DNA from: an uncultured Kofleriaceae bacterium
GTDB lineage: Bacteria > Myxococcota_A > Polyangia > HGW-17
NCBI GenBank assembly: GCA_964618145.1
Contig: CAZTZR010000008.1
Coordinates: 1,743-65,742, forward strand
Reading direction: 5' to 3'
DNA length: 64,000 nt
The notes beneath the pieces were generated by a model. It worked only from the letters and a program-made list of their open reading frames with translations. It did not search any database and was not told the origin of the DNA. Shown here piece after piece: positions 36,132 to 45,606 of the stretch. Every line of letters begins with the position of its first letter. The first letter of the stretch is position 1. Made by a program: the position numbers and the translations under genes.

Positions 36132-37436
36132 ATGCTGGAAAAAACCATTCTGAACCATGTCGAGACCTGTGATCCGCAAACCGCTTCCATTCTGGGCCGG
36201 GAAGATGACAGGCAGGCAGCCTGTCTGCGGATGATTCCGTCGGAAAACTATGCCAGTCCCGCCGTGCGTGCGGCGTTGGCCTGCACACTGACAAACAAGT
36301 ACGGGGAAGGATATCCGGGTAGACGATATTATCAAGGTCAGTCGGGGACCGATGCGGTGGAACTGCTGGCCATCGAACGGGCATGCAGGCTTTTCGGCTA
36401 TCCTTATGCCAATGTCCAGGCACTGTCCGGAGCTCCTGCGAACCTGGGTGTGTACACGGCTTTCCTGAAACCCTTTGAAGGGCGTATCATGGCCATGCGG
36501 CTGGATCATGGCGGCCACCTGACCCATGGCAGTCCGGTGTCCGTCACCGGACAGTGGTTCGAGATCCTTCATTACGGATGCAATGAAAAGGATCTTCTGG
36601 ACATGGAGGAGATCCGGAGGATGGCACTGGAATTCCGTCCGCATGTGCTGGTGTGCGGTTATACCGCCTACCCGCGTGTCATTGATTTCGAGGCGTTCGG
36701 AACCATCGCCAGGGAGGTCGGGGCGATCAGTCTGGCCGACATTTCCCACATTGCCGGCCTCGTCGCTGGCGGGGCGCATCCATCTCCGTTTCCGCACATT
36801 GATGTGGTGACCTTCACCACCCACAAGACCCTGCGCGGACCCAGGGGGGCCATCATCCTTTCCCGGAATCCGGAACACGCGGAAGCCATTGACAAAGCGG
36901 TGTTCCCGGGATTGCAGGGGGGGCCTCACTTCGCGTCCATTGCCAGCCTTGCAGTGGCCCTTCACGAGGCGGAATCGGAAGGATTCCGGAACTACGCCGC
37001 ACAGGTGGTGAAAAATGCGCAGGCCCTGGCGGCAAATCTCGGGGAGAAGGGATATCATGTGGTATCCGGTGGAACTGACAACCATCTGCTTCTGGTTGAT
37101 GTGCGCAAGTCTGCGAAATTACCGGGAAAGCGGGTGGCCGATCTTCTTGAGGAGGTCGGAATCGTGCTGAATTTCAATACAGTGCCCAACGCTTCGGACA
37201 AACAGAAACCCCTGTTCCCCGACGGCATCCGGATGGGGACCCCCTGCCTGACCACGCGTGGAATGAAGGAATCCCACATGGCCACGGTGGCTGATTTCAT
37301 GCACCGGGCCATTACCAACATGAAAACCGGGAAAATTGAAAAAGGGGAGACCCCCTGGAAGGATCCTGGTGTCACGGCAAAACTGGCAGCCGAATTGCGT
37401 GAGTTTGCGCTGTCCTTTCCCACTTTTTCCTGGTGA
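36132..37436 (+). CDS. glyA: Serine hydroxymethyltransferase
   Basis: Start moved to MLEKTI (GAGGAGG SD); IPSENY, NKYGEGYPGRRYY, GGHLTHG, TTHKTLRGPRG, FPGLQGGP. Confidence 0.97.
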   Translation: MLEKTILNHVETCDPQTASILGREDDRQAACLRMIPSENYASPAVRAALACTLTNKYGEGYPGRRYYQGQSGTDAVELLAIERACRLFGYPYANVQALSGAPANLGVYTAFLKPFEGRIMAMRLDHGGHLTHGSPVSVTGQWFEILHYGCNEKDLLDMEEIRRMALEFRPHVLVCGYTAYPRVIDFEAFGTIAREVGAISLADISHIAGLVAGGAHPSPFPHIDVVTFTTHKTLRGPRGAIILSRNPEHAEAIDKAVFPGLQGGPHFASIASLAVALHEAESEGFRNYAAQVVKNAQALAANLGEKGYHVVSGGTDNHLLLVDVRKSAKLPGKRVADLLEEVGIVLNFNTVPNASDKQKPLFPDGIRMGTPCLTTRGMKESHMATVADFMHRAITNMKTGKIEKGETPWKDPGVTAKLAAELREFALSFPTFSW

Positions 37437-37441
37437 ATTCA

Positions 37442-38614
37442 ATGAGCAAACGTGCACTGGTCATCGTCATGGACAGCGTCGGAATCGGCGCGGCTTCGGA
37501 TGCGGCGGATTATGGAGACGTGGGCGCCGACACCCTGGGGCATATCGCATCCACCTTCGCGGAATACCAGGTTCCCTTTTCCCTCCCGAACCTGGTGTCA
37601 TGGGGGCTGGCCCATATCAAGCCCATGCCGCAGCATGAGCCGGCTCCCGATCCAGTGGCCCATTACGGGGTCATGGCACCCGTGGCTCTCGGCAAGGATA
37701 CCACCTGTGGCCACTGGGAAATGGCAGGACTGATCCTCAGGGAAGCATTTTCCACCTTCCCGAACGGGTTCCCAAACGAATTTGTCCAGCGACTCCAGGA
37801 GATGACCGGCCATTCATTCATTGGGAACAAGACGGCTTCCGGCACCGCCATCATTGATGAACTTGGAGTCGAGCATCTGGACAGCGGGTCCATCATCCTG
37901 TACACCAGTGCCGACAGCGTGGTACAACTGGCCGCCCATGAAGACATTGTACCCATCGAGGAACAATATCGCGTCTGCAGGCTTGCCCGGGAATTGTCCG
38001 ACGAATACCGGATCGGGCGCGTCATCGCCAGACCCTTTGTGGGTGCACCGGGATCCTTTTCCCGCACCAGCCGGCGCAAGGATTTTTCCATGAATCCGGG
38101 GATGCCGACCGTCCTCAATGCCATTGCCGATGCAGGGCTTCCGGTGGTGGGCGTCGGCAAAATATACGACATTTTCAACGGCTACGGCGTCACCAAAAGC
38201 CACAAGACAGAAAACAATCACGAAGGCACGGAGAAAACCCTCGAACTCTGGAAAAACTTCGAGCAGGGGTTGCTTTTTGTCAATCTGGTGGATTTCGACA
38301 TGCTGTTCGGTCACCGGAACAACTGGCGTGGATATGGGGAAGCGCTCATGGAGTTTGACGCCTTTGTGCCGAGACTCCAGAAACTATGCCGCCCGGGGGA
38401 TTTGGTGATGATTACGGCAGACCATGGCAATGACCCCACCTTTCCCGGAACCGACCATTGCCGGGAGAATGTTCCTGTTCTGGCATTGCGTCCTCCCGAA
38501 GCCGGGCATTCGCTTGGGGTTCGCAAAACATTTGCCGATCTGGCGGCCACCCTGGCCGAACATCTGGGAGTGTCCTGGGAAGGACCTGGCGAATCCTTTT
38601 TCCAGGTTCCATGA
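37442..38614 (+). CDS. deoB: Phosphopentomutase
   Basis: Start taken at MSKRAL (37433 is an alternative); VMDSVGIG, GKDTTCGHWE, YTSADSV, RVIARPF, NLVDFD..FGH, TADHGNDP, DH.RE.VP. Confidence 0.95.
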   Translation: MSKRALVIVMDSVGIGAASDAADYGDVGADTLGHIASTFAEYQVPFSLPNLVSWGLAHIKPMPQHEPAPDPVAHYGVMAPVALGKDTTCGHWEMAGLILREAFSTFPNGFPNEFVQRLQEMTGHSFIGNKTASGTAIIDELGVEHLDSGSIILYTSADSVVQLAAHEDIVPIEEQYRVCRLARELSDEYRIGRVIARPFVGAPGSFSRTSRRKDFSMNPGMPTVLNAIADAGLPVVGVGKIYDIFNGYGVTKSHKTENNHEGTEKTLELWKNFEQGLLFVNLVDFDMLFGHRNNWRGYGEALMEFDAFVPRLQKLCRPGDLVMITADHGNDPTFPGTDHCRENVPVLALRPPEAGHSLGVRKTFADLAATLAEHLGVSWEGPGESFFQVP

Positions 38615-38865
38615 CAATGGCGAAATCCTTTCCGGGCAGGATCCTGTCTTCATTGTTCCTTTTATTGGTTTTCTTCTTCTCCTGTGGTCGGGATTCCGGT
38701 TCTGTCCCGCATCCTGCGACAGGAGAACAGTCCCGGGAAAAGACGGCAGAAGAAACCCCGGATGCCGAAACCGGAACCCGGAAGGAAGAACCACCGGTTC
38801 CTGCAGACATGCCCCCGGAAAAAAAGGCGCGGCGCAAGTCCAAATGTGAACTGGTGGATTTCTAG
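38611..38865 (+). CDS. Small lipoprotein
   Basis: Start at ATG overlapping the deoB stop; hydrophobic stretch then FFSC; Pro/Glu-rich tail. Confidence 0.6.
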   Translation: MTMAKSFPGRILSSLFLLLVFFFSCGRDSGSVPHPATGEQSREKTAEETPDAETGTRKEEPPVPADMPPEKKARRKSKCELVDF

Positions 38866-38880
38866 TTTCAAGATGGATAT

Positions 38881-40621
38881 TCAGGTGTTCTGTTCCGTGG
38901 GGGAACCTGTGTTTTCAGCGGGAAACAGGAGTTTGAAGGAAGTGCCTTTTTGAAGGGTGCTTTCCACCTTGATCAGCCCGTGGTTCATGCGGACATGGCC
39001 GTACACGGTGGCCAGACCGAGTCCGGTTCCCCCCTGGTCTCCCCGGGTGGTGAAAAACGGCTCAAAAATCCTTGAGATGACGTTTTCGTCCATTCCGCAA
39101 CCCGTGTCAGAAACACTGATACAGGCAGCCGGGCCGCGGTGGACATCCGGAAAGGCATCGGCTTCTTCCCCGATTTCCGTTGGAGCCGTTTCCAGCAGGA
39201 TGGTCCCCTCACCTTCAATGGCATCCCGTGCGTTGATGACCAGGTTGGTGAGAATTTGATCCAGTTGGGAACGATCAATTCTTATGTCCGGAACCATTTT
39301 CCCCGGACGGAACTCCAGGTGAATGGAACGCCGGATCAGCCGTTCAAGCATGGATGCCAGATTTTGTATTGCCTCGTTTGGATTCAGGGTTTCAAAGCGG
39401 ACCGGTTGCTGCCTGGCGAAGGTGAGCAACTGGCGGGTGAGGACCGCGGACCGCTTTGCTGCTGATTCGATTTCCTCCAGTTCAGCAAAAACCGGTGCGT
39501 CCCGGGGAACGAGATCCATGGCCAGGTCCACGCTGCCGAGAATGGCACCAATCATGTTGTTGAAATCATGGGCGACTCCCCCCGCCAGTTGCCCCACGCT
39601 TTCGAGTTTGCGTGCCCGGGCCAAAAATTCGTTGAGTTTCTCCTTCTCCTCATGGGCCGTCCGGACTTCCAGCATCAGTTGGTCCTTTTCCCGGAGGCTT
39701 TTTTGAAGGGCACAGTTGGCAAATTCCAGTTCTTTGGTCCTGCGGCGTACCTGCATCCGCAGCAAAAGGACAAACATCCACCCCGCTCCGATGAGCAACC
39801 CGCCAGTCCCGAGGAACCACGGGAACCAATGGGGTATGCGGGATTCCGGCCTTGTGGGAATGTATAGCCAGCGTTTCAGGGAAAACGTAATATTCCGACT
39901 CCGGATCGTTCTTCATGCGGGCGAGTTGGGCATCCACGGCTTCGGCCAGTTCAGAACAGCCTTGGCGGCAGAACGCAAAGTGAAGACCACCGGGTCTTAA
40001 AATGACATGGTTCGGAATCACCACGGACGGACGCAACGGGGAAAAGTAAAAAAAACGATCGGCAACCAGAAGATCCGTCTGGCCGTTCACGACCGCTTGT
40101 ACCGAGGAGGGATAATCGGCAAAGGGGACAACTTCAAAATCCAGATGCAATGAGTCTTTCAGGTCGTTATTCAGATAGTTTTCCTGGATGGAACCCTGCA
40201 GCACGGCGACCCTTTTCCCGCTCAGGTCCGGGATGCCCTGGATGCGCTTTTCTTCCAGGGAAAAGGTTTCCAGCCAACTTTCAATGACGGCACCCCGGCT
40301 CATGAGGAATTTGTCAAGCCTTTTTGCAGATACGGCCACGTCCACCAGAATGTCGATTTCCCCATTCTCCAGTCTTGTCAGGTTTTCCTGCCAGGTTCCG
40401 AACCGGTAGTCCAGTCTCCAGTTTTCCGCCCGGGCAATGGCTTCCAGCACGTCCACGAAAATACCCTGGGGATGACCGTGAAGGTTTCTGGAAACCTTCG
40501 GATCATTCTGATAGATGCCAACCCTGACCGCCCGTGGGGTCGTGGCCCGTGCCACAAGCGGAAATGACATATGGAACGGGAAAAGGAGGAAAAGAAAAAG
40601 GAGAGGTCGCAAAATATTCAT
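38881..40621 (-). pseudogene. Sensor histidine kinase (periplasmic SBP-family-3 sensor + HisKA + HATPase) split by a +1 frameshift
   Basis: 39650..40621 frame gives signal + PBP domain to ..NDPESEYYV; the other frame continues SLKRWLY..TM..GGVAHDFNN..GTGLGL; join at TAC GTT T TCC CTG (A4 run 39882-39885 on +). Confidence 0.85.
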
Positions 40622-40741
40622 TGTTTGGAATTTTCTCCAATGTACGGCAAGGATACTTCATAACTGAAAAACTGTCATCACCAAATGATAACCACGGAAA
40701 ACAAAAAGTTCTTTCACGGTTGTTCCATCGTAAACTACGGG

Positions 40742-40771
40742 TTGACGCCGTGCGGCATTTGTGTTTATGCT
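40742..40771 (+). promoter_or_regulatory. Candidate sigma70-type promoter
   Basis: TTGACG-N18-TATGCT upstream of the 40800 gene. Confidence 0.45.
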
Positions 40772-40799
40772 GGTCCCATTCTGGAAGGCAGGTGACTCC

Positions 40800-41408
40800 A
40801 TGAAGGATAATTTCCCCAATTTTGAACAGTGGATGGAAATCCGTGACAAGGCTCTTGAAAAAGGCCTGGAAGCCGGGTGCCGTATTGTGGTGAAACTGAC
40901 AGAAAAGACTGTCCAGTTCCTTGATTTGGCGGAGAAATACGTTCCGGGCCTCAAGGAAAAACTGGAACCATTCATCGGCTCTTTTCCTTCTGAAGGTGCG
41001 GAAACTCCCTGCTGTTGCGTTCCGGTGCAGGAGGTCAGGGAGGAACCCGAAGTAGTACCGGTTTTCGAACCTCCCAAAGCGGCGGCGCGTTCACTGAGAG
41101 CCCAACTGGACGCTCTGGACAGGGAACATCTGGCCAGCATTTTTGTTCGCAACCAGTTTTTGAAGGTGCTGTACCTGATGTCGGTTGCCGACAAAAAATG
41201 GCTGGCCCCCCAGGAAATTTCCGACATGGGCGATCAGCGCGGTTTTGCCGTGCTTCCCCAGAACGTCCGCAAGGTGATTCAGCAAAAGGGGATCGATCAG
41301 GGCATGATCAAGGTCCGTGAACGGGCCGAAAGCCGCAAGGGCGCCAAGGAATACCAGATTACCAGCCGCGGGGAGAATCTCCTTCGGTCGGAACTGAACC
41401 TCGTCTGA
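40800..41408 (+). CDS. Hypothetical protein with C-terminal winged-helix-like domain
   Basis: Start moved to MKDNFP; C-terminus LKVLY..LAPQEI..NVRKVI..GMIKV..RKGAKEYQITSRGENLL resembles wHTH wings. Confidence 0.65.
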   Translation: MKDNFPNFEQWMEIRDKALEKGLEAGCRIVVKLTEKTVQFLDLAEKYVPGLKEKLEPFIGSFPSEGAETPCCCVPVQEVREEPEVVPVFEPPKAAARSLRAQLDALDREHLASIFVRNQFLKVLYLMSVADKKWLAPQEISDMGDQRGFAVLPQNVRKVIQQKGIDQGMIKVRERAESRKGAKEYQITSRGENLLRSELNLV

Positions 41409-41439
41409 ACGCAGCCTTGCCCGGCCGGAAACTCTGAAA

Positions 41440-42513
41440 TTGAACTACAACCGGGAAATTCAGGAGAATGTTGCCAATTACAAAGGACATGGGTCCAGGG
41501 TTGCAGGTGGTGGGTTTTTCCGGATGAACCGGAGTGCGTGGATGGCTGCATTGTGGAGTATCCCTTTTTCCGGTCTGGGTCACCTGTTTGCCGGGCAAAA
41601 GGGCAGGGCCTTTCTCTGGGCATCGACACCGGGTCTCCTGTTTGCTGCTGCCGTGGCCATCCGTTCAACAGATCTGCTTTTCCTTTCCATGTTCACCGGT
41701 TTGTTCACCGCACCCGCAGGTTTTTTCCTGGCATTTTTCTGGTTGCCGTTCTTCCCTTCCCCGGTTTCCCCCGTGTTCTGGTTTGGTCTGGTGGCCAAGG
41801 TTCTCTGTGTGGCGGATGCATGGAGTGTTGCCCGGAACCGGACGCTTTTAAGGCCTGCAGTCTGGTCGGTATTGGTGGCTGCTTCTTCGACGTTGTTTCT
41901 ATTCTGGTTTTCCCAGTCTTTTGTGGTGCACCGGGTGTCAGGTGCTTCCCGGGACAGTTTTTCCCAGGCTCATGATGTGGTGCTATCCCTGCGGACAGGA
42001 GCGTGGGTGCGATGGAAACCGGAACCCCCCGGACCCGGTCAACTGGTTACGGTAAAGACCTCTTACGGGATGCAGATTCTGCGCATTGTGGGTGGTCCGG
42101 ACGAGGAGTTGCTGTTGCAGGTGGACCGTGGTGGCAACATATCCTACCGAATCGGGGAGAAATACGTTTTGCCCGAGGTCGTTCCGAGTTCCGAATTTTG
42201 CGTATGGATTTTTCCTGACCTGAGCCGGCATCCTTGTATGTTCAGTGTGGAGCGGCGTGTGGGCATGGCATCGGGATGGTGGAGCGCGGCCACCAGTCAG
42301 GAGATCCCTTCGGAAACGCAATATCTGCGATTTCTCCTGGGTGGTGATGAGGTTCTTTTACTGAGTGATTTTCGTCATATGCTCCTTGACCCTGCCTGGT
42401 TCAGGACCCGGATACCGGATTTGACCGGTGTTCCTTTCATGATTCTCTGGTCACGGCTTCCGGACAGCGGTATCCAGTGGGACCGGATCGGCAGGCTTTC
42501 CGGGCGGTGGTGA
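41440..42513 (+). CDS. Membrane protein with degenerate signal peptidase I (S26)-like domain
   Basis: N-terminal TMs; RVSGAS (box B), MQILRIVGGPDE (box D, Lys absent), LLSDFR (box E), GVPFMILWS..WDRIG. True start may be 41524. Confidence 0.65.
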   Translation: MNYNREIQENVANYKGHGSRVAGGGFFRMNRSAWMAALWSIPFSGLGHLFAGQKGRAFLWASTPGLLFAAAVAIRSTDLLFLSMFTGLFTAPAGFFLAFFWLPFFPSPVSPVFWFGLVAKVLCVADAWSVARNRTLLRPAVWSVLVAASSTLFLFWFSQSFVVHRVSGASRDSFSQAHDVVLSLRTGAWVRWKPEPPGPGQLVTVKTSYGMQILRIVGGPDEELLLQVDRGGNISYRIGEKYVLPEVVPSSEFCVWIFPDLSRHPCMFSVERRVGMASGWWSAATSQEIPSETQYLRFLLGGDEVLLLSDFRHMLLDPAWFRTRIPDLTGVPFMILWSRLPDSGIQWDRIGRLSGRW

Positions 42514-42630
42514 AGACTTCGGTTTGTATTCGTTTTTACTGCCGGTTTTTTCCGGTTCGTGCTAAAAGCCTGCACGCCGGGGACCTGGATTCTGCAGGTG
42601 AACGGTATTTGCAGAAGGTTCAAATCCGCA

Positions 42631-44154
42631 ATGTTTGAATTTTTTACCAGTTGGCGCTATCTCTACAATCCCCGGAAAAATCCGCTTTTTTTCAAACTGT
42701 TTTTGTTCAGTGTCTTGTTCACGGTCCTGAGCATTCTTCTTTTCTTTCGAGGGCCATCTTTCATTCAACTTTTTGCGGGCATACTGTTCGGCATCGGTCT
42801 TTTGTTTGTAAGTGTATTTGCCCTGTTGCGTTTTTTTTCCGTGTTCACCACCATTTCGATTGCCAGTGTCCTCCTGGGAACCACCGTACTGACTCTCGTC
42901 TGGTCTGTATCCTCAGGGTTCCAGAAAGAGTTCAAGGAAAAAATCCTGGGTGTTAATGGCCACATCCTGCTGATGCCCCAGGGGGCCCACTTTTCCAATC
43001 CGGAAAAGACGCTGGACACCGCCCGGGAGGATCCGGAGGTGGTGGAGGCGGCACCTTTCAATCTCAACGAAATGCTCATTGTGCGCAACAACCGCCACTC
43101 GGGTGTTCTGGTCAAGGGGATTGATCCGGTTCTGGCAGATCGCGTTCTGGATTTGCCACGGCACCTGCTGGCCGGCAGTATTTTCGGGCTTCAGAAAAAC
43201 TCGGAACTTGAACCCGGAGAGCAGGCGGCCGCAGTGGATGAAAGCGAGGCCACCGTGGATGAGGGGGTGGAAGTTCCGGAAAGTGGAGACGAGTTCTGCC
43301 GCCGTCCGGATCACACCTGGCCCGGTATCATTCTCGGTGCGGGTCTGGCCCGGCGCATGGGAGTGCGCCCTGGAGACGCCGTCACGCTGGTTTCCCCGTT
43401 GTCCTCCTTTTCCATGTCTCTGGACACCACCCAGGTTGCACCCACCGTGCAGAATCTGGATATGTGCGTGGTGGGCATTTTCTTCGCCGGTTTTGAGGAA
43501 TACGATCAGAAACTTGCCTATGTGCACCTGAACGTCTCCTACAGTTTCAATCCGAAAACAGCAGATTCGGGCAAGAGTGTGTTTGGAATTGAAATGCGCC
43601 TGCACGACATGGACACGGCCGAAGAGACCGCTGCGCGACTGCAGGCCCGGTTTGAAAGTTCTGGCCAGAACATCCGGGTGGTGACATGGGGTGCCCTCAA
43701 TCCCCAGGTCTTCCAGAACCTGCAGTTCCACAAGATCGTCATCTGGGTTCTCTTGTTCTTTCTCATCACGGTGGCAGCGTTCGGGGTGCTTTCCGCACTG
43801 TACATGCTTGTGCTCGACAAACGCAGGGAAATTTCCATTCTGAAGGCGCTGGGGGCATCCGACCGTTCCGTGGCCAGGGTCTTCATGTATGCCGGGGTTC
43901 TGATCGGATCCATGGGACTGGTGGTGGGACAGGGCATCGGGCTCATGATGAGTTGGGTATTGCGGATGTATTCCTTTCCCCTGGATCCGGAGGTGTACAT
44001 CATCAACCGTCTTCCTGTTTCCATTCAGGTCACCAACATTTTGATGATCTCCCTTACGACGGTGATCCTGTGTGTTCTGGCCACCCTTTTTCCTGCACTG
44101 AAGGCTGCCCGGGCCCGACCGGTGGAAGGCTTTCTGCAGAACAAAAGCCTTTGA
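42631..44154 (+). CDS. ABC transporter permease, LolC/E (FtsX/MacB) family
   Basis: Start moved to MFEFFT; VSSGFQKEFKEKILGVNGH, ILGAGLARRMG, KRREISILKALGAS, LPVSI, TLFPALKAARARP. Confidence 0.9.
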   Translation: MFEFFTSWRYLYNPRKNPLFFKLFLFSVLFTVLSILLFFRGPSFIQLFAGILFGIGLLFVSVFALLRFFSVFTTISIASVLLGTTVLTLVWSVSSGFQKEFKEKILGVNGHILLMPQGAHFSNPEKTLDTAREDPEVVEAAPFNLNEMLIVRNNRHSGVLVKGIDPVLADRVLDLPRHLLAGSIFGLQKNSELEPGEQAAAVDESEATVDEGVEVPESGDEFCRRPDHTWPGIILGAGLARRMGVRPGDAVTLVSPLSSFSMSLDTTQVAPTVQNLDMCVVGIFFAGFEEYDQKLAYVHLNVSYSFNPKTADSGKSVFGIEMRLHDMDTAEETAARLQARFESSGQNIRVVTWGALNPQVFQNLQFHKIVIWVLLFFLITVAAFGVLSALYMLVLDKRREISILKALGASDRSVARVFMYAGVLIGSMGLVVGQGIGLMMSWVLRMYSFPLDPEVYIINRLPVSIQVTNILMISLTTVILCVLATLFPALKAARARPVEGFLQNKSL

Positions 44155-44157
44155 ATC

Positions 44158-45525
44158 ATGAAACGCGTGGCATTGTATGGTGGAAGCTTTGACCCCCCCC
44201 ATCTGGGGCATGCGCAGGTACTGATCCAGGTACAGCACGCCGGCTTTGACGAAATCTGGTTGGTTCCGGCGGCATGTCATCCGTTTGGCAAGCAAAGCGC
44301 TCCGTTTCATCACCGGCTGGCCATGCTGGAACTGGCTTTCGGGAATCTGGGTTCCGGGATTTCGATCAATGCACTGGAAAGCGAACGTACAGGAGTGTCA
44401 CGCACCTGGGATACCGTGCAGGAACTCCGGCATCGCTACCCGGAGGTCCGGTTCACGCTGGTGCTGGGAGAAGACCAGAAGGCAGACCTGCATCGCTGGC
44501 ACCGCAGTGATGAACTTGCACGGCTTGTGCCGTTTTTCTTCGCAGGCAGGGGTACCTGGGATGGGTGGCCCCAGGTGCCGCGGGTGCCTGATTATTCTTC
44601 CACGGACATTCGCGCCGCCTGTGAACTGGGCGAGGTGCCGGAAGCCTTCCTGCACGCGGACGTGGCCTCCTACATCAGGGGCCATGGCCTGTACGGCCTT
44701 GCGGCCACCGCTCCCGCGGTTTCTCTGGGTTTGGTGGGCCTCGGACGGGTGGGTGGTTCCATTCTGCACAGCCTCGCGCTTTCGGGTATGCTCCCGGCAT
44801 GGTGTGCCGATCCGGATCCGGCCAGGATCGCAGTTGCCCAAAAATGGAATATTCCGGTCTTTTCCTCGTGGGAAGACGCTTCCTCCGCTGAGGGAACTCC
44901 GGATGTGGTGTACTTTTGCACACCGGATGGATACAAGCCTGCTGATGCGGGGGGGGTCCTTCCTGCAGAAACGGTTTGCCTTCATGCGGGGGGCATGCAC
45001 CGACCCGAAGATGTTTTCGGATTATTGAAGGGCCATGAAAAAACGGGAATACTCCATCCGATGAGGAATGTGGCATCTTCACGGCAGGATCTTCGGGGCA
45101 ACCTGTTTTCCGTCACCGCTTCTGCATCATGCATGGATACCATCGAAAACCTGGCAGGCGTGATGCGTTTGCAATTGTTTCCGGTACAGTCAAAAAAGCG
45201 TGCATTGTTTCATGCCCTGTGTGCCTTGGCCGCCAACGGAAGCCAGTTTCTGGAGCGGGCCACCGAAGACGGGTTGAGACGGGTTGCCGGGGGAGATGCA
45301 CGTCTGGCACGGGATGGGATTCGGCAACTGGTGGAGCATGCCCTGGAGGCATGGCACCGACAAGGGGATCAAGGACTGACGGGGCCCTGGGTGCGACGGG
45401 ATGATGCCACCATCCGTTCCCATGTTTCCGCACTTCGGGAGGACGAAGCCGGCTTGGCGGTATTGTATGACCTGTTCCGGAAAGAAGCCCGAAGAGTTTT
45501 CCGGGAGCCGGATGCGGGTGATTGA
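44158..45525 (+). CDS. nadD: Nicotinate-nucleotide adenylyltransferase fused to Rossmann-like + DUF2520 domain
   Basis: YGGSFDPPHLGH, TWDTV, LGED, SSTDIR; then GLVGLGRVG, HPM, FHALCALAANG, LTGPWVRRDDATIRSH. Confidence 0.85.
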   Translation: MKRVALYGGSFDPPHLGHAQVLIQVQHAGFDEIWLVPAACHPFGKQSAPFHHRLAMLELAFGNLGSGISINALESERTGVSRTWDTVQELRHRYPEVRFTLVLGEDQKADLHRWHRSDELARLVPFFFAGRGTWDGWPQVPRVPDYSSTDIRAACELGEVPEAFLHADVASYIRGHGLYGLAATAPAVSLGLVGLGRVGGSILHSLALSGMLPAWCADPDPARIAVAQKWNIPVFSSWEDASSAEGTPDVVYFCTPDGYKPADAGGVLPAETVCLHAGGMHRPEDVFGLLKGHEKTGILHPMRNVASSRQDLRGNLFSVTASASCMDTIENLAGVMRLQLFPVQSKKRALFHALCALAANGSQFLERATEDGLRRVAGGDARLARDGIRQLVEHALEAWHRQGDQGLTGPWVRRDDATIRSHVSALREDEAGLAVLYDLFRKEARRVFREPDAGD

Positions 45526-45543
45526 CTTTTCATATTAAATGCC

Positions 45544-45573
45544 TTGACTTTGAACGTCAGGGACTGTTACTCT
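45544..45573 (+). promoter_or_regulatory. Candidate sigma70-type promoter with extended -10
   Basis: TTGACT-N18-TACTCT with TG at the extended -10 position, upstream of the FHA gene. Confidence 0.45.
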
Positions 45574-45606
45574 GTCGAGAGCTTGGCTTCTTAAAAGAGG
45601 CGAATA

